From positions 1 to 39,111 of IMG/VR virus record IMGVR_UViG_3300037692_000352: a DNA stretch of 39,111 nucleotides; one strand, 5' to 3'. The notes beneath the pieces are model-generated. The model saw only the letters and a list, made by a program, of their open reading frames with translations, made no database searches and was not told where the DNA came from. Position numbers and translations under genes: made by a program. Of the stretch, positions 25,146 through 34,348 are shown one piece after another (position 1 is the stretch's first letter; every line of letters begins with the position of its first letter). The DNA comes from a virus. Taxonomy: Duplodnaviria; Caudoviricetes.

Positions 25146-26749
25146 TCGGTGTCGAGTTGGAAGTCGGCCCACGGGAGTTCGATGGAGACGCCGGCCTCGG
25201 GGAGCTCCAGGTGCCAGTCGGCCCACGGGAGTTCGAGCGTGATGTCGGCGATCGGAATAGGGTTGCCGGCACCTTCGATGGTGCCGAGGCCGGCGATGAC
25301 CAGCGCCCCGAGCGTGATCGCGCCAGAGCCCGAGATGAAGACGAGGCCCGATCCGGCAAGCTGGAGGCCTCCGAGCGTGATGGATCCCACGCCGGAGATG
25401 GGCACCTCGCCGACACCCGTGATGGTCAGGCTACCCAGGACGAGTGCTCCGGCCCCGGACACGTGCACCTGTCCGGTTCCGGCCACGATCGGGGGTCCGA
25501 GCGTCAGGGCGCCCGCTCCGGAGATGGCCACGGACCCGGCACCCGCCACCACGAGCGATCCGAGCGTGATGGCCCCCGAGCCCGTGATCGCTCCTGTGGT
25601 CGTGCCGTAGCCCTCGATGAGGAGAGAGCCGAGCGTCAGGGCGCCTGCGCCGGAGATCGCTACCTGGCCCGCGCCATCCACCGCCAGGGATCCCAGCGTG
25701 ATCGCCCCGGCTCCGGAGATTGCCACGGAGCCTGTACCCGTGACGACGGGTGCGCCGAGGGTGATCGCGCCCGCTCCGCTGACCGCCACGGTACCGGCGC
25801 CCGCGATGACCAGCGCCCCGAGCGTGATCGCGCCAGACCCGGACACGGGCACTTCGCCCACGCCGACGACGACGAGATTACCGAGCGTCAGGGCGCCGGA
25901 TCCGGATACAGCTACCTGTCCCACCCCTGCGATGACCAGAGCCCCGAGCGTGATCGCTCCGGACCCGCTGACGCCGCCGACGGTGCCGACGCCGTCGACA
26001 AGCAGACCGCCGAGCGTGATGCTACCCGCTCCGGAGATGGCGACTGCACCGGCTCCGTCGATCGAGAGGCCCCCCAAGGTGACGGCCCCCGCCCCGGATA
26101 CCGCGACCTGGCCCGAGCCCACGGGCTGCAGGCCCCCGAGCGTGATGGCCCCTGAGCCGGAGACGGCCACCTGTCCGGTTCCGGCGATGACGAGGCCGCC
26201 GAGCGTCACTGCGCCCGATCCTGTGATCCCCGCCACCTCCGGCGTGTACGTCCCCGTGATCTCCGCGTAGTCGACGCGGATGCCGTTCGTGTCGCCCCCC
26301 TTGACCTTGGTGATAGTAAGGGCCAAGCGCAGCAACGCGTTGTTCATCTGCGCCTTCGTCGGCGTGCCCGAGATCGTGAAGGCCAGCGCCCCCGAATCCT
26401 GGCGCGTCGTCGCCGTGATGCCCGTCGCCACCGTCCGCGTGGCGGTCAGCGCCACAGGCGACGCCTCGTCCGTGACGAGCTGCGCTGTGAGCGAACGCGT
26501 GTTGGTCTGCGCGCCCGTGACGCGGTACCCGATGAGGAGGTTCAGCGTGTCCGCCGATCCGAAGTCCGCGTCCACGTCTGACAGGCGGTAGTACCCGATG
26601 ACGCCGGCGGTGGCATTGGTGTCGTCTCCGACCTCGTTGCCATCCGGAGACGCCGATCCCTCGTTGATGTCCTCGAAGGTCCCGACGCCCCAGCCGTTCG
26701 TGACGTTGACGGGGGCGCCGTCAGGGAGAAGAGGGGTCAGCGTAGCCAT
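25142..26749 (-). CDS. Fibre-like virion protein: N-terminal globular domain plus 15 Gly-rich 21-aa repeats
   Basis: Repeat consensus ISGAGAITLGALVIAGTGQVA; C-terminal ELP triplet repeats. Confidence 0.8.
   Translation of the reverse strand: MATLTPLLPDGAPVNVTNGWGVGTFEDINEGSASPDGNEVGDDTNATAGVIGYYRLSDVDADFGSADTLNLLIGYRVTGAQTNTRSLTAQLVTDEASPVALTATRTVATGITATTRQDSGALAFTISGTPTKAQMNNALLRLALTITKVKGGDTNGIRVDYAEITGTYTPEVAGITGSGAVTLGGLVIAGTGQVAVSGSGAITLGGLQPVGSGQVAVSGAGAVTLGGLSIDGAGAVAISGAGSITLGGLLVDGVGTVGGVSGSGAITLGALVIAGVGQVAVSGSGALTLGNLVVVGVGEVPVSGSGAITLGALVIAGAGTVAVSGAGAITLGAPVVTGTGSVAISGAGAITLGSLAVDGAGQVAISGAGALTLGSLLIEGYGTTTGAITGSGAITLGSLVVAGAGSVAISGAGALTLGPPIVAGTGQVHVSGAGALVLGSLTITGVGEVPISGVGSITLGGLQLAGSGLVFISGSGAITLGALVIAGLGTIEGAGNPIPIADITLELPWADWHLELPEAGVSIELPWADFQLDTE
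25272..26228 (-). repeat. Degenerate 63-bp coding tandem repeat (15 units)
   Basis: Recurring (c)cgagcgtgat/cgagcgtca about every 63 bp, encoding the 21-aa unit. Confidence 0.9.
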
Positions 26750-27015
26750 CAGCCTACGGCGTTACAGGTGGCGCAGGTCTCTCCGGGCGGAGGCCACGTG
26801 CCGCAGTCGAGGTGCGGCGCGAAGCCGTCCCAGAAGGGCCGCACGTGGGCGAGGTAGCGGGCGTCGGCGTGGACCGCGTCCCACGACCCCAGCTCACGGC
26901 GGAGGGCGCACGAGTAGGGATGTCCGTCCACCTCTTTCTCGAGGTGGCGGCACTCGGCGCCGCCCAGCCAGCAGCAGTGATCCGGCGTGGATGTCGTGTG
27001 CGCGCGACAAGACAC
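26749..27015 (-). CDS. Cys/His-rich small protein
   Basis: HCCW...CRHL...C...C...CATC; GTG start overlapping the upstream TAG. Confidence 0.65.
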   Translation of the reverse strand: MSCRAHTTSTPDHCCWLGGAECRHLEKEVDGHPYSCALRRELGSWDAVHADARYLAHVRPFWDGFAPHLDCGTWPPPGETCATCNAVG

Positions 27016-27407
27016 TACGCCGTGGCCGCAGGCATCGTGATCGTCACCGACGTCAGGGTGACGTTCTGGCCGGACGTGATCCCGAGGCCGTCCAGCTCGA
27101 CGTCGCCGCCGCCGCTCGTGATCGTCACGGTGAGCCCCGTGATCGTATCCGAGGGGGCCGCGGTGTCGTCGCGGATTTGGGCCGCGGCGGCCGTGCCCGT
27201 GCCGGAGGCGACGACGGTGTCGGCGTCGAAGTCCAAAGTCCAGACGCCGGACGCATCTGCCGCGGGCTGCGTGGCGGCGATGTCGAAGGTCGCGAGCACG
27301 GTGCCCATGGCGGACGTGCCGATCTCGAGGACGGAGTCGGCCGCCTCGAAAGCGTTGGCGACGGCATCGGCCGCCTTCTGGCGGAGAGGGTCGGAGAGTG
27401 TTCCCAT
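27015..27407 (-). CDS. Beta-rich virion structural protein (fibre-associated)
   Basis: VLATF..., ASGTGTAAAAQIRD, ITSGQNVTLTSVTITMP pattern common in phage tail-accessory proteins. Confidence 0.7.
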   Translation of the reverse strand: MGTLSDPLRQKAADAVANAFEAADSVLEIGTSAMGTVLATFDIAATQPAADASGVWTLDFDADTVVASGTGTAAAAQIRDDTAAPSDTITGLTVTITSGGGDVELDGLGITSGQNVTLTSVTITMPAATA

Positions 27408-27428
27408 ATCAGGGTGTGGTTGGAGTGG

Positions 27429-27743
27429 TTAATCCGCGAATCGCTCGACGAGCTCGAGGAGGAGCCGGTCGGGTTTCTTGCCGTTGGGGACCCAGATATT
27501 GCCGGCCGAGTCCTCGGCCCTGACATCGATCACCTGGCCGATCGCGAGGCCGGTCGCACCGAGACCGAGCACCAGATTGACGTCGTTGCCCTTGGTAGCG
27601 CCGGCGGCCGTGGCCAGGGAGACCTTCGCTCCCGTGTCCACGTTCTTGCACCACGCCCGAAACGTCAGGCTCGACGTGTCGAAGTTGACCGCCTCGATCG
27701 TCAGCGTCGGGTTCGTGCCGTAGCCTGCGGGTTTGGGCTTCAT
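27429..27743 (-). CDS. Ig/BppU-like virion accessory protein B
   Basis: 104 aa, paralog of 28060..28398; first gene after promoter copy 3. Confidence 0.7.
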   Translation of the reverse strand: MKPKPAGYGTNPTLTIEAVNFDTSSLTFRAWCKNVDTGAKVSLATAAGATKGNDVNLVLGLGATGLAIGQVIDVRAEDSAGNIWVPNGKKPDRLLLELVERFAD

Positions 27744-27756
27744 GATCGGCTCCGTC

Positions 27757-27800
27757 TGTCACGTGAAAGGTACGGTCGTCGCGCGGCGTGGACCAAGGCG
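27757..27800 (-). promoter_or_regulatory. Putative late promoter, copy 3 (upstream of the fibre module)
   Basis: Minus strand CGCCTTGGTC-N16-CGTACCTT-tca-CGTGACA. Confidence 0.75.
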
Positions 27801-27808
27801 GACGGGGG

Positions 27809-28087
27809 TCAGCGGGAGGCTTCCGCGGGCTCCTCCTCGGGGATGAGCAGCGCCTGCGGGTCCATGGTGTCGAGACCGCGGAGGCGTGCGAAGGCCCGCG
27901 CCTCGGGCGCGAAGCGTTCGCCGATGGCTTCGAGCCACCGCATGGTGTGGGCGTGCGTCGGAGCCTGCCCTCCCGCGAGGATCTGGCTCTCGGCCTTGAG
28001 GAGCGCCGCGATCTCCGCTTGCGCCACGCGCCCGTTGATGCCGAGCTGGAAGAGGTAGATCAGGTTGCCCTCGTCGATGGTGCCGCC
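27809..28087 (-). pseudogene. Coding-looking frame lacking a clear start (frameshift partner or truncated gene)
   Basis: GGTIDEGNLIYLFQLGINGRVAQAEI...EEEPAEASR has GC-rich third positions; it overlaps the 3' end of 28060..28398 in another frame. Confidence 0.5.
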
Positions 28088-28398
28088 GCGGGCGCGGGCC
28101 GCGCCACGAGGGTGATGTAGATGTCTTCGGGGTCGGCGTCGTTGGGCGCCCACCGGCGGTCGTCGCCGTCCCACGCCTCGATGCGGTACGTCTGTCCCGC
28201 GGCGAGGCCCGTGACGCCGAGGTCCAGGTTTATGTCCACGTCCGTGCCCGCCGCCGCCCCCGTCTCGGTGCCGAGGGAGTAGGCTACGCCCGTCGTGGCG
28301 TTGGTGGCGTACGCCGTGTGCGTGAGGCCCACGGTGGAGAGGTTGGGCGACCCTATCGTGAGGATCGCGGGAGAGCCGAATCCGAGTTCCTTGGGCAT
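28060..28398 (-). CDS. Ig/BppU-like virion accessory protein A
   Basis: GGAGG RBS; paralog of 27429..27743. Confidence 0.72.
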   Translation of the reverse strand: MPKELGFGSPAILTIGSPNLSTVGLTHTAYATNATTGVAYSLGTETGAAAGTDVDINLDLGVTGLAAGQTYRIEAWDGDDRRWAPNDADPEDIYITLVARPAPAAAPSTRAT

Positions 28399-28423
28399 CG
28401 CGTCCTCCGGGCGTGGGGGTGAG

Positions 28424-28460
28424 AAAAAGGGGCTACTGGTATACCGGTATAGATCAGTAG
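28424..28460 (-). terminator. Hairpin/palindrome after the large tail gene, possible intrinsic terminator
   Basis: CTACTG..TATACCGGTATA..CAGTAG followed on the minus strand by CCCCTTTTT. Confidence 0.45.
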
Positions 28461-28474
28461 AGTTGCTCTGTGGC

Positions 28475-31400
28475 TTATGTCGAGTACAGTCCCGTGATCT
28501 CCAGGTATCCGACCTCTATGGCTGTCGTGTCGGCGCCGCCGCTGGCCGTGTACGTCTGCTTGTACTCGACCACGGCGTCCATGAGGTCGGCGCGCGTCGC
28601 GGCCGTGTTGACGTAGGTGAAGGCCGTCTCTCCCGTCGTGGTGCTGGTCGTCGTGGTAATGCCCGTGGCTACGTCCTGGAACGTGCCGCCCGAGTTGGCG
28701 GCGGCGATGATCGTGGAGCCGCAGACGACGCGGATGGCGAGGTCGTAGTCGTCGTCGGTGACGGCGCTCGCCATCTTGTACTTGAGGTTGTAGTTCAGCG
28801 CCACGAGACCCGTGAGGTCGGAGGGCGGCGTGGACCGCTTGAGGACCGTGAAGAACTGGCTCGACTGCGGGTTGGCGAAGAGGAGGTCCCCGCCGCTGTT
28901 GCCGAGGGCGAGGCCGTAGATGTGGTGCGCCGCGATGGAGTCGTAGATCGTGCGGCGGCTCGTGCCCGTGGAGATGTCCCACGCCGTGGAGAGGTCCCAC
29001 GCCTCGATGCTCTGCGCCGTGATGCCCGATACGTAGAGGCGGCGCCCCGAGGCGTCGAAGTCGAAGCCATAGGGGTCGTTGCCGACGGCGAGGCTCTTGG
29101 AGGCGTACGCTGCCGTGGACAGGTCGTAGGGCGTCGAGAGGTTGTACTGGAAGATGTTCTCGTTGGTCGTGGCGTTCTGGAGCAGGTACAGCCTCGCCCC
29201 CGCGTTCCCAAAGCGGAGACCCCAGCACACACCAGCACCCACCCCCAACTCGGTCGATGCGTCGAGCGACACGGAGTCGTAGGTCGCGCTCGTGACGTCG
29301 TAGTTGGTGCCGAGCGAGTACTGGTACACGAGCGGCGAGTCCTCTTCCGCGACGTACATCTTGGAGCCGTCGGCGTTGAAGTCCACGCCCACCTTGATGG
29401 AGGACGTTCCTTCGGTAGACGTGTAACTCGTGGCGGCGCCCACGGTCGTGATGTCCCACGCCGTGGACAGGGTCCGCTGGTAGATGTTGGCGTTCGAGGA
29501 CTCCGCGTAGAAAATCTTGGTCCCCGAGGGATGCCACGTGAGCCACCGCACATTGGCGACGCCCACGCTTACGGCGCTGCCGTAGGCCGTGGAGAGATCG
29601 TGCGCGGTCTTGAGGCGCACGATGGTCGCGCGGTCGGAGTTGAAGCCCGTGAATGCGATGAACGTCCCCGAGGGGTCGATCCACATGGCCGTCAGGGTCG
29701 TCTCGACGGGCGCCGCCAGCGTCGTCGCGGACCCCAGGCTCGTGATGTCCCACGGCGTGGACAGCGTGTACTGGTTGAAGTCGTTGCCCGTGTCGCCGAG
29801 CATATACATCTTCGCGCCGTCGTCGGAGAAGGCGAGGCCCCGAGGCAGGGTGTCATCCCCAGACAGGAGTTGCGACGCCACCGACGATCCCCCCGTGGAC
29901 ACGTCGTAGGGCGTGGACAGCGTGTATTCGTAGACGGTGAGCGACGTACCCCCCATCACGAAGAGGGCCGTGCCGTCCGGCTTCATCCACACGTCGGCCG
30001 GGGCGCTGTCGTCGGCAGAGACGGAGAGCGACTTCGAGGCGTACGATCCCGTGGTGATGTCCCACGGCGTCGTGAGGTCGTACTGGTAGACGGCGTCCGT
30101 ACCCTGGTTGGCGACGTAGACGGACGTGCCGTCGGGGCGCCAGCAGTGGCCCGCGGGCGTAGTCCCCTCGGAAGAGCCGTTGAGGCCCATCGTCCCGGCC
30201 GCCGTCGCGGAGGCCACATCGTAGGGCGCATCCAGCGTGTACCACACGAGGTTGTCGCTCGTGGATCCCGAGATGTAGAGGTTGAGGCCGTCCGGGGAGA
30301 GGCTGATGCCGCGGGGGACCGACTCACTGGCCACCACAAAGAACCACACGTTCGACATCGCCTTGCGGAGCGGGAACAGGTCCTGCGCCCGCGTGGCGGT
30401 CGCGTCCTCCGCGAAGCGGTACCAGTAGAGGTCGTCGCCAGAGAGTTCGCTGTGCGCGATGGTGATGGCCGCCAGCGTCTCGCCCGCCGCCGTCCCCGCG
30501 TGCTCGGCAGGGCTCGGGTAGAAGTAGAACGTATTCGCATCCGACCAATGCCCCACGATGCGCGAGATGGTGGGGGCTGTAGTCGTGATCTCGCCGGCCG
30601 TCTCCGAGACGTACATGGCCTCGTTCGGAAGCCCCGTGCCGAGGTTCGTGTGGCGGATGAAGCCCCCCGGCAACAGGAACGTCCCGGTCGCCGCAGCACT
30701 CACCGCGGCGGGCGCCATGAGAAGAAAGCCGTTCGTGGTCTCGGCATCCGAGGCGTCGGCCTTGATGACCTCCCCCGAGCCGTCGAGCGTGCAGAGGTCG
30801 GCGGCCGCGATGGCCACGGCCGCGGTGCGCGTCGTCCACGGCTGCGTGTAGTCGCCGGAGGCTCCGAGCGTGGAGTCGGTCTGGGAGGATGTCGCGCCCG
30901 AGGTAGGTACCGGCCACACCTGCCGCCACACCGTGTCCGAGAAGTCCTTGATGTAGAGGACGCCGTGCGTCGTGTCCCACGCGAGGTCACCCGCGTCGCC
31001 CGTGCCGCTCGGGGGAGAGCCGTCGTAGGTGTCGATCCATACGGTGGGGGCATCAGGGATCGCGGCCCACTCCAGAAGATTCGGGCTCCCGGTGCTGGCG
31101 ATCCGAAGCACCTCGCCCGAGGCCGGGGCGTCCGTCGGCCAACGGAAGGACCCGGCGGAGTTCGTGATGGACACGTTGCCCGTAGCCGAGATCAAGACCT
31201 CTCCGCTCGTGGAAATAACGGCAACGGGACCGCTGGACTGGAGGTAGAGGTCAACCTCGGACTGCACCCGCGCAATCCCGAAATCCGTGTCCGCCCAGAT
31301 GGCGATGTACTCGACCGTCGGGGTGTCGATGTCGTCGACGATGGAGTACGACCGCCCCGAGACCTTGCTAGCCGACGCTTCCAGTCGGATGCCGTCGTAG

Positions 31401-34348
31401 TCGATGGCGTAGTAGTCCAGCGCGTGACGGATCTCGCCCCCGGAGCCCATCGTGAGCACGTCGTCCACCGACAGCGCCCCCATCGACGCCGTGATCGCCG
31501 ACAGCGTCGTGACGTTCAGGCGGTCCGCCGTGATCGACCCCGTCGTGATCGAGTCCCCGTCGATCGTCGTCACGCCGGCGTTGATCGCCTCCGCGAGGGT
31601 GTCCCCGCTGTAGAAGGTCGTCGTCCCCGTGATGTCCACCTTGCCCGCCGAGATCGCGACCGCGCCCGTCTGGACGACGGTGTTGATGTCGCCAATGACC
31701 TCCGTGCGGATCACCCGCAGCAGGATCTCCGCGGCGTTCTGGAGGATCTCGCTCGTGAGGCTCGTCTCGTGGAGGTGCACGGCGTCGTTCTCCGCGGCGT
31801 ACACCGTGTGCGAGAGGATCGTGATCGACGTCGACGACGCGGGGTGGTCGCCGTCGACCGTCAGCACGAAGATCCCGCCGTAGAGGTCGATCGTATCCTT
31901 GCGCGAGGAGCGCACGTAGAGCTGCCACCCGTCCTGGATCGCGAAGGGCGTCGGGTCGACGGGAATCGATGTCACCGTGCCCGACACGTCGGCCGACAGC
32001 GCCGTGAAGCCCCCCGACTGGATCGACTGGTAGATCGCGTTCGCGGTCTGCGTCTGGATGGACGTCAGCGTCTCGGTCGCGGGGTACACGAAACTCCCGG
32101 CGGGGATGAGGTCCTCGCCGATGTCCTGGCTCACGACCGTCAGCGTCGTCACGGGCGCCGGGTGCGCGCCCGCGAGCTCGAACTGCCACGCCCCGCCGTA
32201 GAGGCCCGCCACCACCACCAGGGCGCCGTCCGATATCGCCGCCAGGTCGTCGGCGATCGCCGTGATCGGGATGCTCGTCACCACGCCCGTCACGAGCGCC
32301 GTCGTCGTCGCGAGCGCGCTCACGCGCCCGAGATCCGCGACCGTGTCCTGGAAGGCCGCTACGATCGTCGCCGAGCCCTCGCCGCCCGACCCGCCGAAAG
32401 AGGCGTAGTGGTCGTCCGCGATGATTTCGTACGCCGGCGTGAATCCGTCGACGCGCACCTCAACGGCCGTGACGCGCGTGCGCGCCCAGTAGCCGTCGTA
32501 CTCCGTCCACCCGGGGAGGAACGGCACGCCCCCCTCCGACGGCGCGCGGAACGGCGAGAGCTCCTCGCCGCGGTACGTGGCCGCGACGACATCGAGAAAG
32601 CTCCTCACCTGCTTCAGGTCCTCGTAGGCCTGCCACTCGGAGAGCGTGAGGCCGCTCGGCGTGACCTGCACGTCGAGGCCCCAGTCGTCGAGGGTCACGC
32701 CGGCGGCCGTGAGTCCCGCGCCTACGTGGAACTGCGTCGGGCCCGTGCCTGTCCGCACGACCGCCGCCAGCCGGTCCGGAGCGGTCGAAGTGGCGTCCCT
32801 GGCGCGGTACTCGGTCGAGCCGTGGCCCTGGGCGTCATCGCCCGTCACCGGCAGGACCACGATCGGGTACCAGTAGATGGTCTCCGTGAACGGATTGCTG
32901 ACGGCGGAGGCCGTGTCCTGCCCCGTGTAGAACTCGACTTGCAGCGTGCCGTCCTCGGGCGGGGCCTCCATCGAAATCGACACGTCGGCCAGTTCGTTGC
33001 CCGCGACCTCGATCTGGATGAACTTCCCGAACTCCACCGTCTCCCAGGTGCCGGGTTCGTTGGATTTGTTCGCCCGCAGGCTGTAGTACGTGTCCGACGC
33101 CCCTACCCACACAAGGCGGACGTAGGCGTAGACCAGTACCCCGATTTTCAGGAAGATCGCCGTGTCGGTGAGCGGCACGAACGCCCGGAGGTTGACCGTG
33201 AGCCCCGAGACGCCGGCGACTTCGATAGCCACGGGCGTCGTCTGTTGCAGCTTGGGGCCAGCGATGACGTTCCCGATGTCCGTGGAGTAGACGATGGGCA
33301 TCGTGAGCACACGCGCCGCGGCCGTCGCCCGCGAGACCGGCGTCGGGAACCACCCTTTCAGCGTCCACACAAAGGCCGCGCCGCCGGAGCGCGTCCACCC
33401 TTCGGCCTCCGCGGACCCCAGGGTCAGAGGTCGCCACTCGGCATTCGGGACCATGTTGTCGATCGTCCCGTGCTCGTAGCGGATGCCCGCCGACGAGAAC
33501 GGCCGCAGCACCGGCAGCTGGCTGCCGCGCAGGCGCGTGGCCTGGGGGGCCGCGATCGCCGTGTGCGCGGTATACGTCGAAGGCGTGCCCGTCGTGTCGG
33601 CCGACGACCCCGGCCCGTAGGCGTACTGCGTGAAGGAGGACGCGTAGAAGAGCCGCCGAGAGAAGGCCCGCCACGATCCGCGCTCCTGGCCGATGAGAAG
33701 TCCCCGCGGACGCGCGAGCTCCACGAGGGCGTCCCACACCGTGCGCTTGCGGTCCAGGTCGCGCATCCACAGCTTGGCGCGGAGCCACTCCTGCGTCAGA
33801 GGGTCGCCGGCCGTCATGCCGTAGGCGAAGCTGCGCGTCGCCGTGTACAGCCCCGTGGGGAGGCCCACCTTGTCCAGGCAGTACACGAGCCATCCCGCGA
33901 CGGTCTTCATGTCCTCGGGACCGATGCCGTCGGAGACGAGCTCGTCGTAGATGGAGAGCCCCTGGAGCTCGCCGAGGCCGCAGAGGGCCGTGATCGTGTA
34001 GGCGCCGCCGTAGGCGTCGCCGCTCCGCCCGAACGAGTCGACCACGATCGGCCCTATGAACCACTCCGCGCCGGCCTTCTCGATGATGAGGCGCCACGCG
34101 TTCGACGACGTCCAGATGTCGTCCAGGATCGCCTCGCCCTCGGCGCGGAGCGCCACCTGCACGATCGACGGCCGCATCGGGTACAGGGGGTCGGCGTTCT
34201 GGGATCCACTCGCCCGCACGAACGGCGTGCGTCCCGCGAGCGGGAGCGTCGACACCGACCCCACGTACGTATCCTCGTGGACCTCGACACGCCAGAGGGT
34301 CCCCTCGATGTCGTTGTACTCGAGTGCGTATTTCTCGGCGAATGCCAT
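28475..34348 (-). CDS. Large tail tip / host-specificity protein (1957 aa) with C-terminal beta-propeller
   Basis: Downstream of tape measure; ITTGSITADRLNV shaft motif; nine YxLSTPWDIST-type repeats plus a partial tenth (about 28850-30325). Confidence 0.85.
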   Translation of the reverse strand: MAFAEKYALEYNDIEGTLWRVEVHEDTYVGSVSTLPLAGRTPFVRASGSQNADPLYPMRPSIVQVALRAEGEAILDDIWTSSNAWRLIIEKAGAEWFIGPIVVDSFGRSGDAYGGAYTITALCGLGELQGLSIYDELVSDGIGPEDMKTVAGWLVYCLDKVGLPTGLYTATRSFAYGMTAGDPLTQEWLRAKLWMRDLDRKRTVWDALVELARPRGLLIGQERGSWRAFSRRLFYASSFTQYAYGPGSSADTTGTPSTYTAHTAIAAPQATRLRGSQLPVLRPFSSAGIRYEHGTIDNMVPNAEWRPLTLGSAEAEGWTRSGGAAFVWTLKGWFPTPVSRATAAARVLTMPIVYSTDIGNVIAGPKLQQTTPVAIEVAGVSGLTVNLRAFVPLTDTAIFLKIGVLVYAYVRLVWVGASDTYYSLRANKSNEPGTWETVEFGKFIQIEVAGNELADVSISMEAPPEDGTLQVEFYTGQDTASAVSNPFTETIYWYPIVVLPVTGDDAQGHGSTEYRARDATSTAPDRLAAVVRTGTGPTQFHVGAGLTAAGVTLDDWGLDVQVTPSGLTLSEWQAYEDLKQVRSFLDVVAATYRGEELSPFRAPSEGGVPFLPGWTEYDGYWARTRVTAVEVRVDGFTPAYEIIADDHYASFGGSGGEGSATIVAAFQDTVADLGRVSALATTTALVTGVVTSIPITAIADDLAAISDGALVVVAGLYGGAWQFELAGAHPAPVTTLTVVSQDIGEDLIPAGSFVYPATETLTSIQTQTANAIYQSIQSGGFTALSADVSGTVTSIPVDPTPFAIQDGWQLYVRSSRKDTIDLYGGIFVLTVDGDHPASSTSITILSHTVYAAENDAVHLHETSLTSEILQNAAEILLRVIRTEVIGDINTVVQTGAVAISAGKVDITGTTTFYSGDTLAEAINAGVTTIDGDSITTGSITADRLNVTTLSAITASMGALSVDDVLTMGSGGEIRHALDYYAIDYDGIRLEASASKVSGRSYSIVDDIDTPTVEYIAIWADTDFGIARVQSEVDLYLQSSGPVAVISTSGEVLISATGNVSITNSAGSFRWPTDAPASGEVLRIASTGSPNLLEWAAIPDAPTVWIDTYDGSPPSGTGDAGDLAWDTTHGVLYIKDFSDTVWRQVWPVPTSGATSSQTDSTLGASGDYTQPWTTRTAAVAIAAADLCTLDGSGEVIKADASDAETTNGFLLMAPAAVSAAATGTFLLPGGFIRHTNLGTGLPNEAMYVSETAGEITTTAPTISRIVGHWSDANTFYFYPSPAEHAGTAAGETLAAITIAHSELSGDDLYWYRFAEDATATRAQDLFPLRKAMSNVWFFVVASESVPRGISLSPDGLNLYISGSTSDNLVWYTLDAPYDVASATAAGTMGLNGSSEGTTPAGHCWRPDGTSVYVANQGTDAVYQYDLTTPWDITTGSYASKSLSVSADDSAPADVWMKPDGTALFVMGGTSLTVYEYTLSTPYDVSTGGSSVASQLLSGDDTLPRGLAFSDDGAKMYMLGDTGNDFNQYTLSTPWDITSLGSATTLAAPVETTLTAMWIDPSGTFIAFTGFNSDRATIVRLKTAHDLSTAYGSAVSVGVANVRWLTWHPSGTKIFYAESSNANIYQRTLSTAWDITTVGAATSYTSTEGTSSIKVGVDFNADGSKMYVAEEDSPLVYQYSLGTNYDVTSATYDSVSLDASTELGVGAGVCWGLRFGNAGARLYLLQNATTNENIFQYNLSTPYDLSTAAYASKSLAVGNDPYGFDFDASGRRLYVSGITAQSIEAWDLSTAWDISTGTSRRTIYDSIAAHHIYGLALGNSGGDLLFANPQSSQFFTVLKRSTPPSDLTGLVALNYNLKYKMASAVTDDDYDLAIRVVCGSTIIAAANSGGTFQDVATGITTTTSTTTGETAFTYVNTAATRADLMDAVVEYKQTYTASGGADTTAIEVGYLEITGLYST

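Noticed and set aside
25142-34348. Diversity-generating retroelement acting on tail genes
   Set aside because: No reverse transcriptase and no TR/VR pair differing at adenines was seen; the repeats are ordinary degenerate coding repeats
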